Origin: Desulfobacterales bacterium
GTDB taxonomy: Bacteria; Desulfobacterota; Desulfobacteria; Desulfobacterales; UBA11574
Direction: 5' to 3'
DNA length: 60,387 bases
Assembly: GCA_035529735.1 (NCBI GenBank)
Contig: DATKWE010000107.1
Coordinates: 1 to 60,387, forward strand
The stretch's first letter is position 1, and the number at the start of each line of letters is the position of its first letter. Positions 9,491 to 18,041 of this stretch are shown piece after piece. Below the pieces are notes generated by a model that saw only the letters and a program-made list of their open reading frames with translations, ran no database searches and was not told where the DNA came from. Both the position numbers and the translations under genes were made by a program.

Positions 9491-10447
9491 ATGACTGGAA
9501 TCAGGCGTCGGTCCCCACACATCGTGTTTAAAATCGCCGGCCCGTCATCTAAAGATTTGGTTGCCTGGATGCAGGATATGATGGAAATATTATGCGAAAG
9601 TCTCACTCAAGACCAGGCGAATACCTATGGGTTGGTACTGGCCTCGTGCGGCCTGCCGTATTCCATGGTAAGATCCGGCAGCGGCTGGGAAATTTGGGTT
9701 GATGAGACGATCCACGCCAGAGCCCTGGATCTTGTGGCACAATACGATGCCGAGAATTCCCAACAGCCGCCGCTGGATGCCCAGAGAGCCCAGGAACACA
9801 ATAAAACGTATACGGGTATAGGGGTTTCCTTGTTTTTACTGGCATGCAATATGGCAGTCAATATGTTCGGTGGAATCGGAAAAATTGCCGGGAAATACGG
9901 CGCGTCTGCCTTTGATATTCTGAACGGAGACATATACCGGACCGTTACGTCCCTGATGCTCCACGCAGACACCCCGCATCTGGCCGGAAATATGGCCGGG
10001 ATTGCCATATTCGGGACTTGGGTTTGTAACATCACCGGTGCGGGTGTCGGCTGGCTGATGATACTTTTAACCGGAATTTTGGGGAACCTGGCCAATGCAG
10101 CCCTGTTTCAATACGGTCATAATTCAATCGGCGCATCGACGGCTGTATTTGGCGCTGTCGGCTTTCTGGCCGCATATCAGCTAGATCGGAAGATCAAAGT
10201 TGCCGACCAGCGCAAGAAGGCCTGGCTTCCCCTGGCCGGCGGTTTGGCGCTGCTGGCATTTCTGGGTTCAGGGGCCCACTCGGATCTCACGGCACACTTG
10301 TTCGGTTTTCTGGCGGGCATCTTTCTGGGACTTGTTTACGCCATGTATCTGCATCGCCTTTTGAAAAAGAGACATCAAACCTACTGTATGGCCGCCACCA
10401 TCGGTATCGTTATCTTCTCCTGGCTGTGGGCGTCTGATGTTCTCTAA
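9491..10447 (+). CDS. rhomboid family intramembrane serine protease
   Basis: 318 aa with a soluble N-terminal domain and then 6 TM segments. Catalytic motifs HLAGNMAG and GASTAVFGAVG are present. Confidence 0.85.
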   Translation: MTGIRRRSPHIVFKIAGPSSKDLVAWMQDMMEILCESLTQDQANTYGLVLASCGLPYSMVRSGSGWEIWVDETIHARALDLVAQYDAENSQQPPLDAQRAQEHNKTYTGIGVSLFLLACNMAVNMFGGIGKIAGKYGASAFDILNGDIYRTVTSLMLHADTPHLAGNMAGIAIFGTWVCNITGAGVGWLMILLTGILGNLANAALFQYGHNSIGASTAVFGAVGFLAAYQLDRKIKVADQRKKAWLPLAGGLALLAFLGSGAHSDLTAHLFGFLAGIFLGLVYAMYLHRLLKKRHQTYCMAATIGIVIFSWLWASDVL

Positions 10448-10496
10448 ATTCGAACCCCTTTATTGAAAGAATCACACGAACCATGGAGAAAAGACC

Positions 10497-11777
10497 TTGA
10501 GAGTCCTTTTGATATCCGCCAACACCGAAACCGTTAACATGCCGGTTTTGCCATTGGGATTGGGATGTGTGGCTACATCGGTACAGCGTGCAGGGTACCC
10601 GGTCAGGGTGTTAAATTTACAGGATCAAACTGAACCCCTGGCGGCCGTCCAAGAAATCGTCGAAGAATTCCCACCGGAGGTCATCGGAATCTCCGTCAGA
10701 AATATCGATGACCAGAACAGGGAACGCCCGATGTTTTATCTGGACTCCGTAAAAGAGATCGTATCGATTTGCCGCAATACGACCCGCGCTGTCATTGTTT
10801 TAGGGGGTGCGGGTTATAGTATTTTTCCGCAGTCCGCCCTGGATTACCTTGAAGCCGACCTGGGGATTCAGGGGGAAGGGGAAGCGGCGTTTCTTGAGCT
10901 TCTCCACAGGCTCCGAAATAAAATCGGACTCTCGGGAATTCCCGGCCTCCATTTTTTCCGTCATGGGATTCAAAACCCACCCAAGCGTATCGACAATTTG
11001 GCCGCCTATCCGCTGCCACTGCCCGGTACCCATATCCGGATTCCGGCCATGCTCGAAGAAGAAGAAATATGGTTTCCGGTTCAAACCCGCCGCGGATGTC
11101 CCATGGATTGTAATTATTGTTCAACCGCCAGTATTGAAGGACGAACCATTCGAAAATATCCGCCCGAAAAAGTTGTCGAGATGATTTCGCGATATGTCGA
11201 TGCCGGGTTTGATCGCTTTTTTTTCGTTGACAATACCTTTAATTTTCCGCCTTCCTATGCCAAAACGCTTTGTGACCGATTGATATCGGCAGATTTGAAG
11301 ATTATCTGGCGGTGTATCTTGTATCCCTGGAAGGTTGATGAGACGCTGGCGGAAAAAATGTCCCTGGCCGGCTGCAGAGAGGTCAGTTTTGGTTTTGAAA
11401 GCGGTTCAATAAAGATACTTCGAAACATGAACAAAAAATATGGTCCGGATGACGTGCGGAAGATTTCAGAACGACTGAAGGCGGTTGGCATCCATCGCAT
11501 GGGATTTTTGTTGCTGGGTGGACCCGGTGAGAGCAGGGAGACCGTTCTAGAAAGTCTGACTTTTGCCGACTCCTTGGCGTTGGAAGTTGTGAAAGTTACG
11601 ACCGGAATTCGAATTTATCCGCATACCTTGCTGGCCCGAACGGCCCTTGAAGCGGGATTGATTGAATCGGACGAGGATCTTCTTTTTCCGAAGTTTTATA
11701 TGGCAAAAGAGTTGGAAGGCTGGCTGGAACAGACTGTGGACGCCTGGATGGCGGGCCGCCCCAACTGGATCAAGTGA
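10497..11777 (+). CDS. B12-binding domain radical SAM protein
   Basis: 426 aa, TTG start. N-terminal cobalamin-binding-like fold (MRVLLISANTE..PLGLGCVAT) and a CxxxCxxC motif (CPMDCNYC). Confidence 0.87.
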   Translation: MRVLLISANTETVNMPVLPLGLGCVATSVQRAGYPVRVLNLQDQTEPLAAVQEIVEEFPPEVIGISVRNIDDQNRERPMFYLDSVKEIVSICRNTTRAVIVLGGAGYSIFPQSALDYLEADLGIQGEGEAAFLELLHRLRNKIGLSGIPGLHFFRHGIQNPPKRIDNLAAYPLPLPGTHIRIPAMLEEEEIWFPVQTRRGCPMDCNYCSTASIEGRTIRKYPPEKVVEMISRYVDAGFDRFFFVDNTFNFPPSYAKTLCDRLISADLKIIWRCILYPWKVDETLAEKMSLAGCREVSFGFESGSIKILRNMNKKYGPDDVRKISERLKAVGIHRMGFLLLGGPGESRETVLESLTFADSLALEVVKVTTGIRIYPHTLLARTALEAGLIESDEDLLFPKFYMAKELEGWLEQTVDAWMAGRPNWIK

Positions 11778-11840
11778 AACCCGGGCAGGTTTGGACGCGC
11801 CATTTCGCAACATTTAGAATCTTTGAAGCGATGGTATGAT

Positions 11841-12692
11841 TTAAAACACAATTCCCACATATCCCACAAAACTGGCGCCGGGATTTTTATCATAGCTGGT
11901 GGCATATGCTAGGGTTTCCGCTTGTTGTGCCCCGAGCTGTTTTGCAGCTGCAATGGCTGTTGCGGCCGCGCCGCTGCAGCAGGCATTCTGGTGGGTCATG
12001 CCTTCTTTAATGACTTTTTCGGGGTCCATGGCCAGCATGGCATCAATAACCCGTCGGTCATTTTTATTTCGGACCCAGTCCACCGCTGAAGGCCCCGTGC
12101 CCTGGGACATAAAGCCGTAATTCGGGCCGTAATGGGTAAGGTCCGTGGAACCGATGACTTTGACCTGAAGCCCCATCCGGGTTGACATGTCGGCGACAGC
12201 TTTCCCGATTTCAAGAGATTTTTTCGTCGGCGGCGCACCGATGGGAACGATTTTAGCGTCCTTAAAAAAATATTTAATAAAAGGGAGCTGAAGTTCGATG
12301 GTATTGTCCTGGGTAAAGCGATCCGCGGTCTCAATTTCAAATGTAAATTTTTCGGCCAGCTCACCCGCAAGTTGTTTTTCTATTTGTATGGCACCAAAAG
12401 GGGTCTCCCATGCACCGTCGGTCATAATATAGGCCGGGGAACCGCTATGGAGATGCATGCCGAAAATTACAAAAACATCCGGCGGATTTTCATCTTGAAG
12501 ACGGTGTATTACATTGCATGCGATGCTGCCTGAAAAAAACCATCCGGCATGGGGCACGATGCCGCCGGTTAAGGTTCTTTCCGAAATGGTTTCTGTGCCG
12601 TATTCTTTTAGGAATCCTTGGATCTCTTTCTCGCACGCCGAAGCATTGCCCGGGTACCAGCTTCCTGAAAAAATAGATTTTCTTATATTCAT
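11841..12692 (-). CDS. AmmeMemoRadiSam system protein B (Memo-like)
   Basis: 283 aa with the N-terminal FSGSWYPG signature and the His-rich Memo core (IVPHAGW, FGMHLHSG). Confidence 0.83.
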   Translation of the reverse strand: MNIRKSIFSGSWYPGNASACEKEIQGFLKEYGTETISERTLTGGIVPHAGWFFSGSIACNVIHRLQDENPPDVFVIFGMHLHSGSPAYIMTDGAWETPFGAIQIEKQLAGELAEKFTFEIETADRFTQDNTIELQLPFIKYFFKDAKIVPIGAPPTKKSLEIGKAVADMSTRMGLQVKVIGSTDLTHYGPNYGFMSQGTGPSAVDWVRNKNDRRVIDAMLAMDPEKVIKEGMTHQNACCSGAAATAIAAAKQLGAQQAETLAYATSYDKNPGASFVGYVGIVF

Positions 12693-12932
12693 GATAGCCG
12701 CCTCCCTTCTAACCTTTTAATTTGCCACATGGGGCTGAATAAGTCCAATATATTTTTACCTAAACTGAGCGTTTCAAATAGTGACAGGAATATAAAAAAT
12801 TAATAATTATAGATTAATATACATCACTAACATCGCTAATAGATCTCATCCAATAGGTGAATGTATTTATGCAAAAAAATGTCACCATTTGAAACCCTTC
12901 GGGATTGCCGATTTTACCGAATCTGCTGCGTT

Positions 12933-12973
12933 ATGAGACAGTTGCAGTAGCAGACTACGGCTGCATGTCTCAT
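12933..12973. other. 13-bp imperfect hairpin (ATGAGACA-gt-TGCAG / CTGCA-TGTCTCAT) in an AT-rich intergenic region
   Basis: Inverted repeat read directly from the sequence. No credible ORF covers it. Confidence 0.4.
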
Positions 12974-13001
12974 GCCTTGCATCTCCGGCAAATTCGACAA
13001 T

Positions 13002-13034
13002 CGCTCAATTTAGGTTTCACAAAGGGAATTGAGC
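13002..13034 (+). repeat. CGCTCAATT motif copy B, forming the hairpin GCTCAATT-N16-AATTGAGC
   Basis: 8-bp perfect inverted repeat built from the same core as 4640, 13620 and 48247. Confidence 0.55.
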
Positions 13035-13106
13035 CGGATTACAAACCCGTTAGGGTTAATTTGCCCCTTCTGTTTGATGTTTTTCGTGAGAAATTCGGGT
13101 TAGACC

Positions 13107-13136
13107 TTGACATGACAGGGGTATGATCACTATTTT
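13107..13136 (+). promoter_or_regulatory. candidate sigma-70 promoter TTGACA-N18-TATTTT
   Basis: Consensus -35 and a plausible -10 about 30 nt upstream of the thioesterase start. Confidence 0.4.
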
Positions 13137-13168
13137 TAACCAAAATTTATCCGGGTTGGGAGTTTTGA

Positions 13169-13588
13169 ATGCAATCAAATAAAATATTTTCCACCGACAT
13201 CGAAGTCAGGTTCCGTGACCTTGATGCCCTTGGACATGTTAATAATGCAGTTTTTTTTACATATTTTGAAGAAGGGCGAAAAAATTTTTCCAAAAAAATA
13301 TTTAAGGTTTCGGACCTTTCGGATTTTAGCTTTATCATGGCCCATATCCGCTGTGATTATCTGAAACCGATTAAATTTAATGGTCATATTACGCTTAAAA
13401 TGTGGGTCAAACACATCGGGAACCGAAGTTTTTCTTTTGAATATAAACTCATTGACTCTAAAGACGAATCGATGGTTTATGCCACCGGTGAATCGGTCCA
13501 GGTCTGTTATGATTACACAGCGGATACATCGATGGCGGTTACGGATAAGATGAGAGAAGCGATGGCTCAATATTTGATACAACCCTAA
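13169..13588 (+). CDS. acyl-CoA thioesterase, 4HBT/YbgC family
   Basis: 139 aa with the hotdog-fold N-terminus IEVRFRDLDALGHVNNAVFFTYFEEGR. Confidence 0.88.
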   Translation: MQSNKIFSTDIEVRFRDLDALGHVNNAVFFTYFEEGRKNFSKKIFKVSDLSDFSFIMAHIRCDYLKPIKFNGHITLKMWVKHIGNRSFSFEYKLIDSKDESMVYATGESVQVCYDYTADTSMAVTDKMREAMAQYLIQP

Positions 13589-13628
13589 TTGATCGTAAAC
13601 AAACCGGGACTTAGATTATCGCTCAATT
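13587..13628 (+). repeat. CGCTCAATT motif copy C (AATTGATCG-N24-CGCTCAATT inverted pair)
   Basis: Overlaps the thioesterase stop codon. The CGCTCAATT arm starts 32 nt after the stop. Confidence 0.5.
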
Positions 13629-13662
13629 GGGGACCAAGGAAATCCAGATTAGGAGGTTTTTC

Positions 13663-13857
13663 ATGCCCATATATGAATATCAATGTGAACAGTGTCACCA
13701 TTGTTTTGAGGTGCTTGTTTTCAGCAGTGATGATGAAAAGGCAACCTGCCCTGAATGTTCTCACAGCCGGGTAAAGCGGCTTTTAAGTTCCACGTGTTTT
13801 ATCGGCAGTTCCGGCGGCAGCGGTTGCAGCAAAAGTGCGCCGAAAGGTTTCTCATGA
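13663..13857 (+). CDS. FmdB-family zinc-ribbon protein
   Basis: MPIYEYQCEQC...CPEC signature. AGGAGG lies 6 nt upstream of the ATG at 13663, so the listed ORF start at 13627 is an upstream extension. Confidence 0.8.
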   Translation: MPIYEYQCEQCHHCFEVLVFSSDDEKATCPECSHSRVKRLLSSTCFIGSSGGSGCSKSAPKGFS

Positions 13858-13946
13858 GCCAGATAGTTCCTAGTGGCGGTCGGCCGCTAAAGAGATGAGA
13901 CTTCCCAGGACTATGATTTAGATCTGGGTTCAAACAGCCATTTTTC

Positions 13947-13975
13947 TTGACAGGTCAAAAAAGAGGTGTTAACAG
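13947..13975 (+). promoter_or_regulatory. candidate promoter for tRNA-Val (TTGACA-N17-TAACAG)
   Basis: Consensus -35 with a weak -10, ending 15 nt before the tRNA 5' end. Confidence 0.35.
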
Positions 13976-13989
13976 ATTTTTGAACATAC

Positions 13990-14064
13990 AGGCACGTAGC
14001 TCAGGGGGAGAGCGCTACCTTGACACGGTAGAGGTCGTTGGTTCAAATCCAATCGTGCCTACCA
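13990..14064 (+). tRNA. tRNA-Val (anticodon GAC), CCA encoded
   Basis: Hand-folded cloverleaf: acceptor AGGCACG/CGTGCCT, D arm GCTC-AGGGGGA-GAGC, anticodon arm CTACC-TTGACAC-GGTAG, T arm GTTGG-TTCAAAT-CCAAT, discriminator A, then CCA. Confidence 0.9.
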
Positions 14065-14080
14065 TTTTGAACAAGATTTT

Positions 14081-14109
14081 AGGGCTGAATATCATTTGGC
14101 CCTTTTTTA
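14081..14109 (+). terminator. weak intrinsic terminator after tRNA-Val
   Basis: AGGGC-N13-GCCCT stem followed by TTTTTT. Confidence 0.35.
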
Positions 14110-14400
14110 TTTGTTTTGGGAAAAATTTTAAAATTCTTATCTGATTCAATACGTCATTGGACTGCAACAGCGAACGGATCTTAGGGTCATATTTTAACGC
14201 ATCACCGCTTGAAACGCTGGATCCCCAAATGATCAGATATCGCTCACAAAAGACTTTTTACGAGTTTGTCAATATTAAAAACGTTTAAATAATAGATAGT
14301 TAAAACACATTGATTGTTTTTCGACCATCCAAAAGCGTCACCGAAGCGCCCTCGTGTTTTCCGGAATATCCACACCACACCCCAAACATGTAAAATATAT

Positions 14401-14417
14401 CCACTTTACTCCACTTA
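14401..14417 (-). promoter_or_regulatory. upstream pair of MraZ-box-like direct repeats (AAAGTGG-agt-AAGTGG on the minus strand)
   Basis: CCACTTT at 14401 and CCACTTA at 14411, giving a 10-bp period. Orientation is opposite to the proximal pair. Confidence 0.4.
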
Positions 14418-14490
14418 ATATTTGATGTAATATTTTCCTTTAACATTTATAAATTATTATATAAAAATATAATATATTTATTTATTTTTC

Positions 14491-14519
14491 TTGACATTTA
14501 TCGAAAAATGTACTTTTAA
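14491..14519 (+). promoter_or_regulatory. candidate Pmra promoter (TTGACA-N17-TTTTAA)
   Basis: Consensus -35 inside an extremely AT-rich 125-bp tract. The -10 is weak. Confidence 0.4.
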
Positions 14520-14524
14520 ACAAA

Positions 14525-14541
14525 AAAGTGGATTAAAGTGG
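14525..14541 (+). promoter_or_regulatory. proximal MraZ-box pair AAAGTGG-att-AAAGTGG
   Basis: Exact 7-mer direct repeat with a 10-bp period between the putative promoter and the mraZ ATG. Confidence 0.5.
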
Positions 14542-14557
14542 ATAACTCTGGAGAAAT

Positions 14558-15004
14558 ATGTTTCGAGGAAGCTCATTTCATACCATCGATACCAAAGGAC
14601 GCATCATCGTTCCTGCCAGATTCCGTGACATGATTAAAGCAGACGGCTCATATGGCGTCATGCTTTCCAGGATGGATTCGGGGCTTGTGGCCTATACCTA
14701 TGACGGGTGGCGAAAAATCGAGAGCCGCATATTGTCCCTTGCCGAGAAAAGCGAGAGTATGCGCCGATTCAGAAGAGTTTTTATCGGCGGATCGTTTGAA
14801 TGTCCCTGCGACAAACAGGATCGTGTTTTGATACCGCAGAACTTGAGAGAATATGCGGGGTTAGACAGAGAAATCGTACTGGTCGGCGTTCTCGATCATT
14901 TTGAAATATGGTCACGGGAAAATTGGGACCAAGAGAATATGCATCTGGAAAAGGATATGAAAAAGGAGGATGTAAGAAACGAAATCGCAAAATTAGGGCT
15001 CTAA
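14558..15004 (+). CDS. mraZ: transcriptional regulator MraZ
   Basis: 148 aa, starts MFRGSSFHTIDTKGRIIVPARFR, with duplicated SpoVT/AbrB-like halves. First gene of the dcw cluster. Confidence 0.95.
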   Translation: MFRGSSFHTIDTKGRIIVPARFRDMIKADGSYGVMLSRMDSGLVAYTYDGWRKIESRILSLAEKSESMRRFRRVFIGGSFECPCDKQDRVLIPQNLREYAGLDREIVLVGVLDHFEIWSRENWDQENMHLEKDMKKEDVRNEIAKLGL

Positions 15005-15008
15005 TTGT

Positions 15009-15947
15009 ATGTCGTTCAAACATACCCCTGTAATGCTTCATGAAGTGCTCCGCTATCTGAACTGCAGACCCGGAAAAATCTATGTTGATTGTACCCTTGG
15101 AGGCTCGGGACATGCCAGGGCAATATGCAAAAAAATCATGCCGGATGGCGTCTTTATCGGCATCGATCAAGATATAGATGCCGTCCAACACGCAAAAAAA
15201 GTGTTAGAACCATTGGACTTAAGCGTCCACATCTTTCACGGAAACTTTATATATCTTCCTGATTTTCTTGAACAGTTAAATATAAGATGGGTGGACGGGA
15301 TTCTCCTTGATCTTGGGGTTTCACTTGATCAGATCGAATCAAGCGGTCGTGGTTTCAGTTTTAAAAGGGATGAACCGCTTGATATGCGGATGAGCACAGC
15401 GGCGAACACAACAGCGGAAGATTTAGTCAACCGGACGGCGGAAAATAGCCTCAGGAAAATATTTCAGGAATACGGAGAAGAACGCTGGTCCGCACAAATC
15501 GCAAGAAAAATAGTTCAGCAGCGGAAGGGCAAACCCATAAGGTCCAGCAAACATCTGGCCCGGATTGTGTGCGATGCTATTCCAAAGCCCGCACTGTTTA
15601 ATCAAAAAATTCATCCGGCAACACGGGTTTTCATGGCGCTTAGAATTGCTGTAAACAAGGAGCTTGAAATGCTCGATTTATTCATGAAAAACGTTGCGGA
15701 TCTCCTCACTCCCAAAGGTCGTCTCTGTATTCTATCTTTCCACTCCCTTGAAGACCGAATTGTAAAACATCGATTAAAAGCTTTGGAAAAATCGTGTGTG
15801 TGTCCACCCGATTTTCCCAAATGTGTCTGTGATCAAAGATCGGTCATTCGCTTACTGACAAAAAAGATCGTTCGTCCCACAAAAGACGAAATTGCAAGAA
15901 ATCCCATGGCAAGAAGTACAAAATTGAGAGCAGCGGAAAAGATATAA
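15009..15947 (+). CDS. rsmH: 16S rRNA (cytosine1402-N4)-methyltransferase
   Basis: 312 aa with HTPVML, DCTLGGSGH and DLGVS motifs. Confidence 0.95.
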   Translation: MSFKHTPVMLHEVLRYLNCRPGKIYVDCTLGGSGHARAICKKIMPDGVFIGIDQDIDAVQHAKKVLEPLDLSVHIFHGNFIYLPDFLEQLNIRWVDGILLDLGVSLDQIESSGRGFSFKRDEPLDMRMSTAANTTAEDLVNRTAENSLRKIFQEYGEERWSAQIARKIVQQRKGKPIRSSKHLARIVCDAIPKPALFNQKIHPATRVFMALRIAVNKELEMLDLFMKNVADLLTPKGRLCILSFHSLEDRIVKHRLKALEKSCVCPPDFPKCVCDQRSVIRLLTKKIVRPTKDEIARNPMARSTKLRAAEKI

Positions 15948-16243
15948 TGGCCCGGAAAACACGAGAAAAAACAGGCGATATGAAACTCACGGGAATCTGG
16001 ATTGTTTTCATGACCGTATTTATTGCTGAACTTTTCCTATATACGTGGTGCCGTGTCAACTGTATCGGGGTCGGCTACGAAATTTCAAAGGAGACCCAAA
16101 AACAGCATGAACTTGTGGCCTTGGAGACCAACTTTAAGATTGAGCTGGCAAGCTTAAAATCACCGGAACGAATCTCAAAAATTGCAAAAAACCAACTTGG
16201 CCTGGTAACGCCCTCTCAAAAACAGACGATTGTTATTCCATGA
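15947..16243 (+). CDS. ftsL: cell division protein FtsL-like
   Basis: 98 aa with a single TM segment plus a coiled coil. TAATG overlap with rsmH, in the canonical position before ftsI. Confidence 0.7.
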   Translation: MARKTREKTGDMKLTGIWIVFMTVFIAELFLYTWCRVNCIGVGYEISKETQKQHELVALETNFKIELASLKSPERISKIAKNQLGLVTPSQKQTIVIP

Positions 16244-16310
16244 TATCTAAAAACCGTATCATACTAAATTCTCGGATGTATGAATTTTCGATACACGACA
16301 CTATGTTAAT

Positions 16311-18041
16311 ATGAAACAGATAAAATTTCGCGTGATCATCGTTGGGATTGTCTTTACACTCTTTTTTACCATTATTGGTGCCAAAGCGATGTATCTTCAG
16401 ATTTTTTGCCGTTCCTGGCTGTCCGAGAAAGCCGCAAACCAGTATGAAGTGTCTTTAAAATCTTCTGGAAAACGCGGAACAATCTACGATAGAAACCTAA
16501 GGGAAATGGCCGTCAGTATCGATGTTACCTCTATTGCCGCACACCCGCCACAAATAAAAAACCCGAAGGCGGCAGCAGAATCACTTGCGGAGGCGCTGAA
16601 AATCAACCGTAATGTGCTTGCCAAAAGACTTACTTCTGAAAAAAAGTTTGTATGGATTAAAAGAAAAGTAACCCCAAAGGAGGCCGAAATCGTCCGGAAT
16701 CTTAACATCGACGGCCTCGTTTTTTTAAGCGAACATAAGCGTTTTTATCCCAACAAAACACTCGCCTCCCAGCTCATTGGATTTACCGATATTGACGATA
16801 ACGGCCTGGAAGGGATCGAATTTTATTGCAACGATGATCTCAAGGGGGCTGATTCCCGATATACGGTTTTAAGGGATGCTCACGGTCGTGGATTTGAGGC
16901 TGAAAACATAACCGGTTCAGATTCCATCGGAAAAAATCTTGTTCTCACCATTGACAGCAACATCCAATACATTGCTGAAAAAACCCTCGCCGAAACTGTG
17001 ACAAAATTTTCGGCAAAATCCGGAATGGCCGTTGTGATGGCCACCGGCACCGGCGCCGTATTGGCGCTGGCACATTTTCCTTTTTTAAATCCCAATGCCT
17101 TAAATGAGTTCGACCAGGAGCTTTGGCGGAACCGGGTTATCACCGATCCGTTTGAACCGGGTTCAACCATGAAGATCTTTAGTGCCGCAGCGGCCATAGA
17201 GTCCGGCAGCAGCTCGCCGAACAGTATCTTTTATTGCGAAAACGGTGCGTATCGGGTGGGCAGACACGTTGTTCACGACACCCACGAGTATGGATGGCTT
17301 TCTCTGCAGCAGATTATTAAATATTCGAGCAATATCGGCGCCATCAAATTCAGCACAAAAACAGGGTCTGAATCTCTATTCAGAACACTGCGCAATTTCG
17401 GTTTCGGAACAAAAACCGGAATAGACTGTCCCGGAGAAACCGCCGGCAGCCTGGCATCTTTCAAAAAGTGGACAAAAATCGACGCCGGCACCATATCCTT
17501 CGGACAGGGGATATCGGTTTCAGCATTGCAGCTCATCGCTGCGACGTCTGCCATTGCGAACAAAGGGATTTTCATGAAGCCCTATGTTGTTCAGGCCATT
17601 ACCGATCAAAATGGACGCCTCATAAAAAGCTTTGCCCCAAGTAAAGGGCGGCGGGTAATTTCAGAAAAAACCGCCGAAACCTTAACCCGGATCATGCAGA
17701 CCGTCACCACCGAAGGCGGCACCGGTGTCAATGCTGCACTTGAGGGGTATTCCGTTTGCGGCAAAACAGGAACAGCACAGAAAATCGGTAAAAACGGCGC
17801 GTATGCGAACGGGAAATATGTATCGTCTTTTGTCGGCTTTGTACCTTCAGAACACCCGAAGGTTGCAATTTTGGTGGTCATTGACGAGCCTAAAGGGCAG
17901 CATTACGGGGGTACCGTTGCGGCACCGGGATTTAGAAATATTGCTCAGAAAACTCTGGCCTATATGAACATATCACCCAAAAGCAAAACAGACGGACTCA
18001 TCGTCTCACTGGGGAGCAAGACCAAAGCGTGCAGCTTTTGA
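16311..18041 (+). CDS. ftsI: peptidoglycan D,D-transpeptidase FtsI (PBP3-like)
   Basis: 576 aa with an N-terminal TM segment, a PBP dimerisation domain, and the STMK, SSN and KTGT motifs. Confidence 0.93.
   Translation: MKQIKFRVIIVGIVFTLFFTIIGAKAMYLQIFCRSWLSEKAANQYEVSLKSSGKRGTIYDRNLREMAVSIDVTSIAAHPPQIKNPKAAAESLAEALKINRNVLAKRLTSEKKFVWIKRKVTPKEAEIVRNLNIDGLVFLSEHKRFYPNKTLASQLIGFTDIDDNGLEGIEFYCNDDLKGADSRYTVLRDAHGRGFEAENITGSDSIGKNLVLTIDSNIQYIAEKTLAETVTKFSAKSGMAVVMATGTGAVLALAHFPFLNPNALNEFDQELWRNRVITDPFEPGSTMKIFSAAAAIESGSSSPNSIFYCENGAYRVGRHVVHDTHEYGWLSLQQIIKYSSNIGAIKFSTKTGSESLFRTLRNFGFGTKTGIDCPGETAGSLASFKKWTKIDAGTISFGQGISVSALQLIAATSAIANKGIFMKPYVVQAITDQNGRLIKSFAPSKGRRVISEKTAETLTRIMQTVTTEGGTGVNAALEGYSVCGKTGTAQKIGKNGAYANGKYVSSFVGFVPSEHPKVAILVVIDEPKGQHYGGTVAAPGFRNIAQKTLAYMNISPKSKTDGLIVSLGSKTKACSF

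Noticed and set aside
12905-13126. 73-aa TTG-initiated ORF in the Memo/thioesterase intergenic region
   Set aside because: It has no RBS and a non-ATG start, and it is built across hairpins and repeat motifs. I treat the region as possibly non-coding RNA or regulatory instead.
13947-14144. 65-aa ORF spanning the tRNA-Val gene
   Set aside because: It is explained entirely by the tRNA and its flanks, and it has no RBS.
14160-14290. Segment ending ..aagactttttacgagtttgtcaatatt (translates as TFYEFVNI)
   Set aside because: It resembles a dispersed intergenic repeat I associate with Desulfobacteraceae genomes. Only one degenerate copy is in the window, so I cannot support it as a repeat from this sequence alone.
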